This document shows, piece by piece, positions 47,029-55,655 of a DNA stretch of 64,000 bases. The translations under genes and the position numbers were made by a program. The first letter of the stretch is position 1, and the number at the start of each line of letters is the position of its first letter. The DNA comes from Niameybacter sp. (lineage in GTDB: Bacteria; Bacillota; Clostridia; Lachnospirales; Cellulosilyticaceae). The notes under the pieces are model-generated. The model was not told where the DNA came from. It searched no databases and worked only from the letters and a program-made list of their open reading frames with translations. The stretch covers positions 94 through 64,093 of the forward strand of contig NZ_JAVVQU010000002.1 in NCBI RefSeq assembly GCF_036655075.1. The letters run 5' to 3'.

Positions 47029-47844
47029 TTAAGCAATCAAATTAAGCCCTACTATACATTCTAATGCAATGGCAATAAATGGGGCAACAAATAAAATGCT
47101 ATCAAATCGGTCTAGCACCCCACCATGACCTGGAAAAATATAACCAAAGTCTTTTACATCTAAAGTCCGCTTAATAGCTGATGCAGCTAAATCACCAAAT
47201 TGGGAAAGAATTGCACTTACAAAGACAATACCTACAATAAAAATAACTTTTTCACCCATTTCAGGATAAGCAAATTGGGTGTAGCTTACTGTGTAAATAT
47301 AGGCAATAATACCTGAACCTATAGCCCCACCAATAGCACCTTCTATTGTCTTTTTAGGACTTAATATAGGCGCTAACTTATGCTTACCACAGAGTTTACC
47401 TGTGAAATAAGCACATGTATCACTTCCCCAAGCGCTAATAAAAATAAGCCACACAAGGAAATCGCCATATTCTGCGCCACGAATCATTAATATGAAACTA
47501 AGTAAAAGGCCAACATAAAGTGGAGCAAATAAAGTAAGTGCAACATCCACAATGTTATGTTTAGGATAAGTGAGCACCATACCTATTAAGAGTATGATTA
47601 AGGAAACACTTGTAAAAATGCCAAAGTGTTTCATCATCCATTCGTACGTACAGAAAAAGATAAGTCCTATGCCATAGCCTAACCATTTAATAGGTTTATA
47701 TTTTTTTTCAGTAACTTGATAAAATTCATGCATACCAATCAAGGCGACTATCCCCCCTACAATCTGCAAAGTAGGATTGCCTAAAGCTATGAGTAAAATA
47801 ACAAAAGGTATACCAATGACAGCTGTTAATACTCTTTTAAGCAT
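47029..47844 (-). CDS. cdsA: Phosphatidate cytidylyltransferase
   Basis: SDTCAYFTGK..KKTIEG..GHGGVLDRFDS. Confidence 0.9.
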   Translation of the reverse strand: MLKRVLTAVIGIPFVILLIALGNPTLQIVGGIVALIGMHEFYQVTEKKYKPIKWLGYGIGLIFFCTYEWMMKHFGIFTSVSLIILLIGMVLTYPKHNIVDVALTLFAPLYVGLLLSFILMIRGAEYGDFLVWLIFISAWGSDTCAYFTGKLCGKHKLAPILSPKKTIEGAIGGAIGSGIIAYIYTVSYTQFAYPEMGEKVIFIVGIVFVSAILSQFGDLAASAIKRTLDVKDFGYIFPGHGGVLDRFDSILFVAPFIAIALECIVGLNLIA

Positions 47845-47855
47845 AACACTTCCTC

Positions 47856-48566
47856 CTATTCACTTTGACCAAATCGTCTTTTACGATTACTATACTCCAA
47901 GAGGGCAAGGTCAAATGCTTTTACTGTAAAGTCTGGCCATAAACAATTTGTAAAGTAAAACTCACTGTAGGCTAATTGCCATGGTAGATAGTTACTTGTA
48001 CGCATTTCTCCACTTGTACGAATCATTAAGTCCGGATCCGGTATCCCTGCAGTATCTAAAAACTGCTCAAAATAAGTTTCATCCACATCCTCTGCTTTTA
48101 AACCCTTTTGTTGCAATGCCATTATCATCTTGCGACTTGCACGAATGAGTTCATCTCGTCCACCATAATTAATAGCAATGTTAATACAAATACCTGTTTT
48201 ATCTTTTGTAAGCGTCTCTAGCTGTTCAATTTGTCCCCTAATATCTTCTGGTAATCCATGACGATCCCCTATGACATGAAAACAAGCATTTTTACGCTTA
48301 GCTTCTTTAATATGTTGTTTTAAATATTGACGCAGTAGATTCATGAGCCCCTCTACTTCATCTTGTGGTCTTTTCCAATTTTCTGTAGAAAAAGCATACA
48401 ATGTCACATATTCAATCCCCAAACTTTCAGCGTGCTGAGTAATCTTTTTGACAACATCAGTGCCTTTCTTATGACCTTCATTGCGAGATAGACCTTTTTC
48501 TTTTGCCCATCTTCCATTTCCATCCATAATAATCGCAACATGTCGCGGTAATTTTGTCTTTTCCAT
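47856..48566 (-). CDS. uppS: Isoprenyl transferase (undecaprenyl diphosphate synthase)
   Basis: HVAIIMDGNGRWA, FSTENWKRP and RTSGE.R.SN. AAAGGAGG precedes ATG 48566. Confidence 0.95.
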   Translation of the reverse strand: MEKTKLPRHVAIIMDGNGRWAKEKGLSRNEGHKKGTDVVKKITQHAESLGIEYVTLYAFSTENWKRPQDEVEGLMNLLRQYLKQHIKEAKRKNACFHVIGDRHGLPEDIRGQIEQLETLTKDKTGICINIAINYGGRDELIRASRKMIMALQQKGLKAEDVDETYFEQFLDTAGIPDPDLMIRTSGEMRTSNYLPWQLAYSEFYFTNCLWPDFTVKAFDLALLEYSNRKRRFGQSE

Positions 48567-48623
48567 CCTTACGCCTCCTTTATAAAACAATAAAACCCCT
48601 CAATATTGAGGAGTTTTAAATGA

Positions 48624-49178
48624 TTAAACAGATAAAATTTCTTTATTTTTATTCTCAATATGGCGATCAATTTCAGAAACAAATTTGTCTGTTAATTTTT
48701 GCACACCGTCTTCAACTGTTTTTAATTCATCTTCTGTCATTTCATTTGCTTTTTGTGCTTTTTTGAAAGCATCCATTGCATCACGACGAATGTTACGGAT
48801 AGCAACTTTAGCATTTTCACCTTTTTTCTTGGTTTCTTTTGTAAGTTCTTTACGACGGTCCTCAGTAAGTTCTGGGAACACAAGACGAATCACTTTACCA
48901 TCATTAGAAGGGTGAATACCAAGATCAGATTCATTAATTGCTTTTTCAACAGCCTTAAGAAGTGTTCCATCCCAAGGTTGAATAACAAGCATACGTGCTT
49001 CCGGTACACTGATGTTACCTACTTGCGCAACTGGTGTTGGGCTTCCATAGTAATCAACTGTAATACGGTCTAATACGTGTGGATTTGCTCTTCCCACTCT
49101 GATCGTGTTGAACTCATCTAAAAGGGTATTGATTGTCTTTTGCATTTTTTCTTCATAATTTTTAATTTGTTGGCTCAT
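48624..49178 (-). CDS. frr: Ribosome recycling factor
   Basis: 184 aa. LDEFNTIRVGRANPHVLD..IRNIRRDA. Confidence 0.95.
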   Translation of the reverse strand: MSQQIKNYEEKMQKTINTLLDEFNTIRVGRANPHVLDRITVDYYGSPTPVAQVGNISVPEARMLVIQPWDGTLLKAVEKAINESDLGIHPSNDGKVIRLVFPELTEDRRKELTKETKKKGENAKVAIRNIRRDAMDAFKKAQKANEMTEDELKTVEDGVQKLTDKFVSEIDRHIENKNKEILSV

Positions 49179-49196
49179 AAAATATCCTCCTATAAG

Positions 49197-49904
49197 TTAT
49201 TCCACATAAATAGTGGTGCCTATTTTTTCGCCAGCTGCTGCTTTTAAAATACCGTTAGGCATGTCTAAATCAAAAACAATAATAGGTAATTTTTGATCAA
49301 TACATAAAGTAGCTGCTGCTGCATCAATTGCTTTTAAATTTTTGTTTAAAAGCTCTTGGCATGAGATACTTTCATATTTTTTAGCTTCAGGGTTAAGTTT
49401 TGGATCACTATCATATACACCATCAATATTTTTAGCAAAAAGAAGTGCACCTACTTCTACTTCGCAACCTCTTAAAGCCGCACCTGTATCTGTAGAAAAG
49501 AATGGATGTCCTGTGCCACCTGCAAAGAAAACAATTTTCCCTTTTTTCATATGTAAAAGCGCATGCTCTTTAGAAAAAAGTTCAGTCATATTTCCAACTG
49601 CAAATGGTGTTTGAACAACAGCTTCTACACCTTCTGCACGGCAAACATCAGCCACATAAATGGCATTCATAACTGTTGCAAGCATACCAATTTGGTCTGC
49701 TTTTGTACGATCCATATCACCACTTGTACGGCCTCTCCAGAAGTTTCCACCGCCAATTACGACACAAACTTCAATCCCTGTTTGAACAAGTTCAATAAGT
49801 TCACGTACAACACGTGTAATCACACCATGGTCAAAGCCTCTTTGTTTTTCTCCAGCGAGTGCTTCACCGCTTAATTTGACTAGTACACGACTATATTTTT
49901 GCAT
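49197..49904 (-). CDS. pyrH: UMP kinase
   Basis: YSRVLVKLSGEAL..VIGGGNFWRG. ATG 49904 follows AAGGTGA; the track start is the GTG inside the SD. Confidence 0.95.
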   Translation of the reverse strand: MQKYSRVLVKLSGEALAGEKQRGFDHGVITRVVRELIELVQTGIEVCVVIGGGNFWRGRTSGDMDRTKADQIGMLATVMNAIYVADVCRAEGVEAVVQTPFAVGNMTELFSKEHALLHMKKGKIVFFAGGTGHPFFSTDTGAALRGCEVEVGALLFAKNIDGVYDSDPKLNPEAKKYESISCQELLNKNLKAIDAAAATLCIDQKLPIIVFDLDMPNGILKAAAGEKIGTTIYVE

Positions 49905-50002
49905 AATCTTCACCTTCCTGCTATGAATACTCTACCACAAAATGTTTTGTATTTCTAGATATAAAATAAAATAATTCCTTTATTTTCTAAGGCTTGCGCC
50001 GT

Positions 50003-50029
50003 AAAAAAGGGGACACAACGTGTCCCCCC
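50003..50029 (-). terminator. Terminator after tsf
   Basis: On the minus strand, GGGGACAC-GTT-GTGTCCCC followed by TTTTTT. Confidence 0.75.
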
Positions 50030-50048
50030 TAATGTGCTAATCTACTGA

Positions 50049-50960
50049 TTAGTTACCAGCCATTTGTTTAGCAACTTCTTCTGCAAAGTTTTCTTCTACT
50101 TTTTCGATACCTTCACCAGTTTCGAAACGTACGAATGCTCTAACTGCATCAGCGTTACCAAGTTCAGCTGTAACATATTTAGCAACTGTTAAATCTGGAT
50201 CTTTAACATATTCTTGTTCAAGTAAACAGATTTCTTTAAGTTGTTTGTTTAATCTTCCGATTACCATTTTTTCAATGATGTTTTCAGGTTTCCCTGGGTT
50301 TTCATTGATTGCTTGGTGCATTAAGATTTCTTTTTCTTTTTCTTGTTTTTCAGCAGAAACATCAGCCGTTCTGATGAATTCAGGATTAACAGCAGCAACT
50401 TGCATTGCTACGTTACGGCCTACTTCAAGAGCTTTTTCATCTGTTGATCCCATTTCAACTACAGCAATAATTTTACCACCACCATGTGTGTAAGCAGCAA
50501 ATGTACCATCTGTTGTCATACGTGCAATACGACGAAGTGTTAAGTTTTCACCGATTGTAGCGATTTTTTCTGTTAAAACATCACCAACTGTTTTAGATGC
50601 ATCTTCACACCATGGAAGTGCTTTTAATGCTTCTACATCAGCTACTTCGTTATTAAGTACCATTTCAGCAACTTGATTAACGAATGTAATGAATTGTTCA
50701 TTTTTAGCAACGAAGTCTGTTTCTGAGTTGATTTCAACTAAAGCAGCTGTTTTGTGATCAGCAGAAATCATTTCTTTTACAAGACCTTCAGCAGCAACAC
50801 GACCAGCTTTTTTAGCAGCTTTTGCTAAGCCTTTTTCGCGTAATACTTCGATAGCTTTTTCAATGTTGCCATCTACTTCATTTAATACACTTTTGCAGTC
50901 CATCATGCCTGCGCCAGTTCTTTCACGTAACTCTTTTACCATTGCAGCTGTAATAGCCAT
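50049..50960 (-). CDS. tsf: Elongation factor Ts
   Basis: AMVKELRERTGAGMMDCK..NSETDFVAKN. Confidence 0.95.
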   Translation of the reverse strand: MAITAAMVKELRERTGAGMMDCKSVLNEVDGNIEKAIEVLREKGLAKAAKKAGRVAAEGLVKEMISADHKTAALVEINSETDFVAKNEQFITFVNQVAEMVLNNEVADVEALKALPWCEDASKTVGDVLTEKIATIGENLTLRRIARMTTDGTFAAYTHGGGKIIAVVEMGSTDEKALEVGRNVAMQVAAVNPEFIRTADVSAEKQEKEKEILMHQAINENPGKPENIIEKMVIGRLNKQLKEICLLEQEYVKDPDLTVAKYVTAELGNADAVRAFVRFETGEGIEKVEENFAEEVAKQMAGN

Positions 50961-50980
50961 AATTCATTACCTCCAGATTA

Positions 50981-51727
50981 TTATTCAGCGATTACTTCTG
51001 CTTCGCTGTTTACTGTTTCATCTTCTGCGTTTGCTTCAAAGATTTCACCTTGTTTTGTTTCTATGATTGCATCTGCCATTTTAGCAACGATTAATTTAAC
51101 CGCACGAATAGCATCATCATTACCTGGGATTACGTAATCAACTTCTTCTGGATCACAGTTAGTATCAACGATAGCTACTACTGGAATTCCTAAGATATGA
51201 GCTTCTTGGATAGCAATTTTTTCTTTTCTTGGGTCAACTACGAACATAAGGTCTGGTAATTGTTTCATTTCTTTAATACCACCTAAGTTCTTTTCAAGTT
51301 TGTCCATTTCTTTACGAAGTTCAATTACTTCTTTTTTAGGAAGTACTTCGAAAGTACCATCTTGTGCCATTTCTTCTAATTGTTTAAGTCTAGCAACACG
51401 ACTTTTGATTGTAGAGAAGTTTGTAAGCATTCCACCTAACCATCTTTGGTTAACGTAGTACATACCACAACGTTCTGCTTCTGATTTAACAGAATCTTGA
51501 GCTTGTTTTTTAGTACCTACGAATAATACTTTACCGCCTTCTTCGCCTACTTGACGAATTGTAGCGTAAGCTTCATCGATTTTTTTAGCTGTTTTTTGTA
51601 AGTCGATGATGTAGATACCGTTTCTTTCTGTGAAGATGTATTCTTTCATTTTTGGGTTCCATCTTCTTGTTTGGTGACCGAAGTGTACACCCGCTTCTAA
51701 AAGTTGTTTCATTGAAATAACGCTCAT
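50981..51727 (-). CDS. rpsB: 30S ribosomal protein S2
   Basis: [19 protein letters not shown].. Confidence 0.95.
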   Translation of the reverse strand: MSVISMKQLLEAGVHFGHQTRRWNPKMKEYIFTERNGIYIIDLQKTAKKIDEAYATIRQVGEEGGKVLFVGTKKQAQDSVKSEAERCGMYYVNQRWLGGMLTNFSTIKSRVARLKQLEEMAQDGTFEVLPKKEVIELRKEMDKLEKNLGGIKEMKQLPDLMFVVDPRKEKIAIQEAHILGIPVVAIVDTNCDPEEVDYVIPGNDDAIRAVKLIVAKMADAIIETKQGEIFEANAEDETVNSEAEVIAE

Positions 51728-52013
51728 TTTAATTCCTCCTGGTTGGTCCTCCGCATAGTTTATAATGCAAAATACTTATACAAGCACCGCTTTTGCATCA
51801 CGCTATACGTGTGTTTTATTTTCGCATTGAATTATATCATACTCTATGCTATAACACAATATCTTATTTTTTATTTTTATTTTTTGGCATTTCTTGTCAG
51901 ATGTTCTAACACTAAGTCGTAGGCTCCCATAAGAGGTAAATGACATTTTCCTGTTAGAAGTTTAGTCGTCATCTGCTGCTCATAAACATAACGTCTAAAT
52001 GCCACAGCATCTT

Positions 52014-52232
52014 CTATAATGCCTTTTGATTCTCAGAACTCACTGATTTGTGTCGCACTATAGTCACCACTGTTGGTGGTTTTGTAGGTTCTACTTCATC
52101 TTTGGCTACTGTTTCTTGCATGACCTCTTGTGGCCTAATATTCAATCCTACATAGTCCATCACCAGCCCTGACAGCATGATGCCACTCCCTACCCCCATA
52201 AACCAGTCCAAGAACTTTTCTCTTTTCCTCAT
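52014..52232 (-). CDS. Hypothetical small membrane protein, possibly frameshifted at its 3' end
   Basis: 72-aa ORF with one TM segment (FLDWFMGVGSGIMLSGLVM) and a GAGG RBS. An open frame downstream (IEDAVAFRRYVYEQQ..LTRNAKK, to about 51883) would continue it after a 1-nt shift. Confidence 0.35.
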   Translation of the reverse strand: MRKREKFLDWFMGVGSGIMLSGLVMDYVGLNIRPQEVMQETVAKDEVEPTKPPTVVTIVRHKSVSSENQKAL

Positions 52233-52236
52233 CGTC

Positions 52237-52407
52237 TTACCTCATCTTGTAAAGTGAAAGCATGAGTTGTACTTCACTTTTGCCTTTATTTACTTTTTTT
52301 GCGATGTCTTCTACACTTAATCCTTCTTCTGAAAATCTAATAATTTCATCATAGCATTTTGTTTCTTCTTGTGCAAGATATAGCACTTCTACAGAGCGTG
52401 TAGTCAC
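52237..52407 (-). CDS. Hypothetical 56-aa HTH-like protein (GTG start), below the ORF-track cut-off
   Basis: Hand translation gives VTTRSVEVLYLAQEETKCYDEIIRFSEEGLSVEDIAKKVNKGKSEVQLMLSLYKMR. The stop lies 5 nt before the next ORF. The start and the reality of the gene are uncertain. Confidence 0.3.
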   Translation of the reverse strand: MTTRSVEVLYLAQEETKCYDEIIRFSEEGLSVEDIAKKVNKGKSEVQLMLSLYKMR

Positions 52408-52678
52408 CTTAGCCCCCCCGTTACAGTATATACTAAATCTCTTTCACCCCATGACCAATAGTTTTGACAACTAGAGTACCTGTAGCAGTGTAGAGCTCTA
52501 TCCGTACACCCATAGTTAGCTCCAGTCTCCTCTGCCAATGAAGGAAGTGTATTTTGCTCGGTATAAACAATCGGTGTTAAATTTTTTACATCAATATTAT
52601 ACTATTTATTTTTGTCAATAGATCTTCACATTTTTATCATTGTTTTTAAATTCAAGTTGTTATTCAATTTTAAAAAAA

Positions 52679-52722
52679 TAAAGTAATATACTCGTATATC
52701 ATTAAACGAGTGTATTACTTTA
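52679..52722 (-). terminator. Terminator after spoIIM
   Basis: 15-bp stem AAAGTAATACACTCG/CGAGTATATTACTTT (one mismatch) followed by ATTTTTTT on the minus strand. Confidence 0.65.
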
Positions 52723-52738
52723 TTCTTTATGTATTTAT

Positions 52739-53305
52739 TTAAAATAGGCTTCTCACCATTGGCTGTATATAAGCATCTACCAAACTAATCAAAAGGGCAC
52801 CAGCAATACAGAATACAACAAGTTGACGATAGGTTGCTCCATAGACCTCATGACCTTTTAGCCCATATCTTAAGCTATGCTCTCCTACCATAATCCCTAA
52901 AAACAGTAGTGTTACCCCCTGTAACCCAAAAAGCAAGAGACTCATCCATATCCCCTTCAAACCAAAGAGTAATAACACACCACAGATGCTAAATCCATAG
53001 CTAAAACTCATAAAAAACAGAATAGCTACTGCAACAAATCTTGTTGTTTTAGTAAACCCTGATGCCCATATTCCTAGGAGTTGGATGAGGTGAATACACA
53101 ACGCTTTTTTGAAAATCTCAAAATTTCCATCTCTCAAAGCGCTCTCTCCCTGTACAATAGCAACTAAGCTTTCAAAAAAAATCTTATCTTTTTTTACACT
53201 TATACAATAGAAACTCCCTATTAGTATGCCTATGATACAAACCATAACCCATATTAAATTTGTATTCATAAACTTTTTTGATAACGGTTTCACAGTATGG
53301 CTCAT
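52739..53305 (-). CDS. spoIIM: Stage II sporulation protein M-like membrane protein
   Basis: About 188 aa with 5 TM segments and overall SpoIIM-like topology and length. ATG 53305 is preceded by GAGGAGG. The family call is by resemblance only. Confidence 0.55.
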   Translation of the reverse strand: MSHTVKPLSKKFMNTNLIWVMVCIIGILIGSFYCISVKKDKIFFESLVAIVQGESALRDGNFEIFKKALCIHLIQLLGIWASGFTKTTRFVAVAILFFMSFSYGFSICGVLLLFGLKGIWMSLLLFGLQGVTLLFLGIMVGEHSLRYGLKGHEVYGATYRQLVVFCIAGALLISLVDAYIQPMVRSLF

Positions 53306-53371
53306 TCTACGCCTCCTCATAAGGTTTGTCTCTCTTTCTACCTTATGAAAGGACGTCCCACTTTAGAACTT

Positions 53372-53908
53372 TTAAGATTCTTGCTTTAACCTATTTTCTA
53401 CTGCTAGTAGTCCCACTATTGTTTTACTATCACAAATCTCCCCTGTAAAAATCATATGAATAGCTTCTTGAATGGGATAAGTCACCACTTCAATATATTC
53501 ATCTTCATCTAAGTGCTGCTGCCCTACTTGCAAGTCTTGTGCCATATAAAGATGGAGTCGTTCATCACTAAGGCCTACTGCCGTATACATACTACAAATC
53601 TTAGTCATCTTTCCCGCTTTAAAGCCGACTTCCTCCTCTAGCTCTCTTGTTGCACATGTGAGTGGGTCTTCGCCTTTTTCAAGCTTTCCTGCCGGTATTT
53701 CAAGCACATAGCCATCTTCAGCATTTCTATATTGTTTCACCAATATGACTTCTTTCCCAGTCGTCACAGGAACTACAGCTGAAGCACCATTATGTACAAC
53801 TAAATCCCACTGTGCAACAGAGCCATCCTCAAACTGTATTTCATCTTGTACGATAGTAAATATTTTTCCTTTATAAACTTCTTTTCTTCCTATACGCTTT
53901 GCCCCCAT
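53372..53908 (-). CDS. nudF: NUDIX hydrolase (ADP-ribose pyrophosphatase type)
   Basis: Nudix box GKLEKGEDPLTCATRELEEEVG. Confidence 0.8.
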   Translation of the reverse strand: MGAKRIGRKEVYKGKIFTIVQDEIQFEDGSVAQWDLVVHNGASAVVPVTTGKEVILVKQYRNAEDGYVLEIPAGKLEKGEDPLTCATRELEEEVGFKAGKMTKICSMYTAVGLSDERLHLYMAQDLQVGQQHLDEDEYIEVVTYPIQEAIHMIFTGEICDSKTIVGLLAVENRLKQES

Positions 53909-53918
53909 ATGTCCCTCC

Positions 53919-54710
53919 TTAACTCATTTTGTTGGCTTTTTCAAAACAAGCTGTCATGCCACTAATCACACTATGTCTAAAACCCGTTTCTTCTAACTTA
54001 GCTACCGCTTCAATAGTTGTTCCACCAGGAGAAGTTACCGCATCCTTTAAACTTCCCGGATGCTCTTTAGTCTGAAGTACCATTTCACACGCACCTTTTA
54101 TAGAAAGTGCTGCCATTTCATAAGCCATTTGACGTGGCACACCAAAACGAACAGCTGCATCTGCCATCGCTTCTATGAACATATATCCATAGGCTGGTGA
54201 AGACCCTGACAAAGCAACGATTGCATTCATCTGATTTTCTGCAATTTTGAAACTACGCCCAAAAGCATTAAAGTGTGCTTCCACTACTTGAAGTTCTTCA
54301 CTTGTTACAGCGCCTTCTTTATAACAGTACGCCGTCACACCTTGGCCGACTAAAGCAGGTGTATTAGGCATAGTACGTACAAGTTTTGTATGCCCACCTA
54401 AAAGCATCTCCATCTTCTCTAAGCTGATTCCAGGTGCAACCGTAATCACAACTTGTTCCTTTTTAATCAACTCTTTAAGTTCTTTACAAACTGACTCATA
54501 ATATTGAGGCTTTACACTCAACACAATATACTCACTTGCCTGTATAAGTTCTTTTATGGATTTACATCCTAAAATACAACTTGCTTCAAACTTCTTATAC
54601 TGAGACTGATCTACATCAAATACAGCAACCTGTCCTTCAAACTTTTTAGTGATGGCATCAATCATAGCACCACCCATATTTCCTACACCTACAAATCCAA
54701 AACGACTCAT
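53919..54710 (-). CDS. proC: Pyrroline-5-carboxylate reductase
   Basis: FGFVGVGNMGGAM..MPNTPALVG..VTSPGGTTI. Confidence 0.9.
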   Translation of the reverse strand: MSRFGFVGVGNMGGAMIDAITKKFEGQVAVFDVDQSQYKKFEASCILGCKSIKELIQASEYIVLSVKPQYYESVCKELKELIKKEQVVITVAPGISLEKMEMLLGGHTKLVRTMPNTPALVGQGVTAYCYKEGAVTSEELQVVEAHFNAFGRSFKIAENQMNAIVALSGSSPAYGYMFIEAMADAAVRFGVPRQMAYEMAALSIKGACEMVLQTKEHPGSLKDAVTSPGGTTIEAVAKLEETGFRHSVISGMTACFEKANKMS

Positions 54711-54837
54711 ATATAACCTCTTTTCTTAACTTTATTTCAAAATTTTTATACCTATGTTATAATTTATAGTATAATATTTTTCCTTTGCATACAATGTTAT
54801 TATAACATTGTACAACCTAAAAGAAAGGAGTGATTTT

Positions 54838-55317
54838 ATGTGGTTACTTTGGTTAGTTGTAGGCATTGCCTTTGCTATTGCAGAAATTATCAATAACGGA
54901 TTTTTCCTTATATGGTTTGCAATAGGCGCTATTGCAGCACTTTTAACGTCACTGATTACAACAAGTGTTCCCATCCAACTCATTGTTTTTTTGACTCTTT
55001 CTTTCTTACTACTCATCACTTTAACAAGATACTGCTCCGCTCACTTCGCTAAAAAAGATACCATTCCAACTAATATCGATGCACTTATCGGTAAAACAGG
55101 TACTGTACTTACATTCATTGGCACCGATAGCTCTCAAGTAGGTCAAGTTAAGCTAGACGGGGAAATTTGGAGTGCTATTTCATCTGATGGATTATCTATT
55201 GAAAAAGGCATAACTGTCATTGTAGATGAAATTCGTGGTGTTCGCTTAATTGTTCATCCAAAATCTTCTACCCTTTTAAATACATCCTCTCATAACACAC
55301 AAGAGGAAACACTTTAA
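54838..55317 (+). CDS. NfeD-family membrane protein (C-terminal OB fold)
   Basis: Two or three TM segments, then GKTGTV..G.VKLDGEIWSA..GITVIVDEIRGVRLIV. A GAAAGGAG RBS precedes ATG 54838. Confidence 0.8.
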   Translation: MWLLWLVVGIAFAIAEIINNGFFLIWFAIGAIAALLTSLITTSVPIQLIVFLTLSFLLLITLTRYCSAHFAKKDTIPTNIDALIGKTGTVLTFIGTDSSQVGQVKLDGEIWSAISSDGLSIEKGITVIVDEIRGVRLIVHPKSSTLLNTSSHNTQEETL

Positions 55318-55355
55318 GTTTAGTATGCTATCCATCACATAAAGAGGGATTGCCC

Positions 55356-55484
55356 ATGCCCTTAACTATTGGAATTATTATTTTAACTCTATTAAAATGA
55401 TCAAGCAAACTTGTACTTCCGTCAGATGCTGTGAACTTCCTAGGTACTTTTAAAGACAGCAAAGAAGTTATGGGTAATCACTAG
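55356..55484 (+). pseudogene. Deletion remnant of the SPFH/band-7 partner gene of nfeD
   Basis: AAGAGGGA RBS, then MPLTIGIIILTLLK followed by a stop. A second frame gives an SPFH-like C-terminal tail SSKLVLPSDAVNFLGTFKDSKEVMGNH. The whole SPFH core is missing. Confidence 0.5.
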
Positions 55485-55545
55485 AAACTTGCTTCAGATA
55501 AAGCGTTTTTATACTCGCTATATAGCTTCTTATAAAAACGAGTGT

Positions 55546-55613
55546 TGTCCCAGCTCAATAGTAAAAGGTCTAAGAAACAAGTTTCTTAGACCTTTTACTA
55601 TTGAGCTGGGACA
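55546..55613. repeat. 68-nt perfect palindrome (33-bp arms, 2-nt centre)
   Basis: TGTCCCAGCTCAATAGTAAAAGGTCTAAGAAAC-AA-GTTTCTTAGACCTTTTACTATTGAGCTGGGACA. A 10-bp-stem hairpin (55504-55540) precedes it. It lies between the SPFH remnant and the 3' end of purB. Confidence 0.8.
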
Positions 55614-55655
55614 TTAAATGATTTGATAGTTTCTTAAATCTAATATCATTTATTT

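Noticed and set aside
52413-52419. C7/G7 homopolymer as a phase-variation switch joining upstream and downstream ORFs.
   Set aside because: Adding or removing one base does not create a convincing long ORF. The upstream frame that would join is Cys/aromatic-rich with no start codon.
54732-55019. 95-aa minus-strand ORF overlapping the start of nfeD.
   Set aside because: It is antisense to a well-supported NfeD gene, has no RBS, and its composition is not protein-like at the 3' end.
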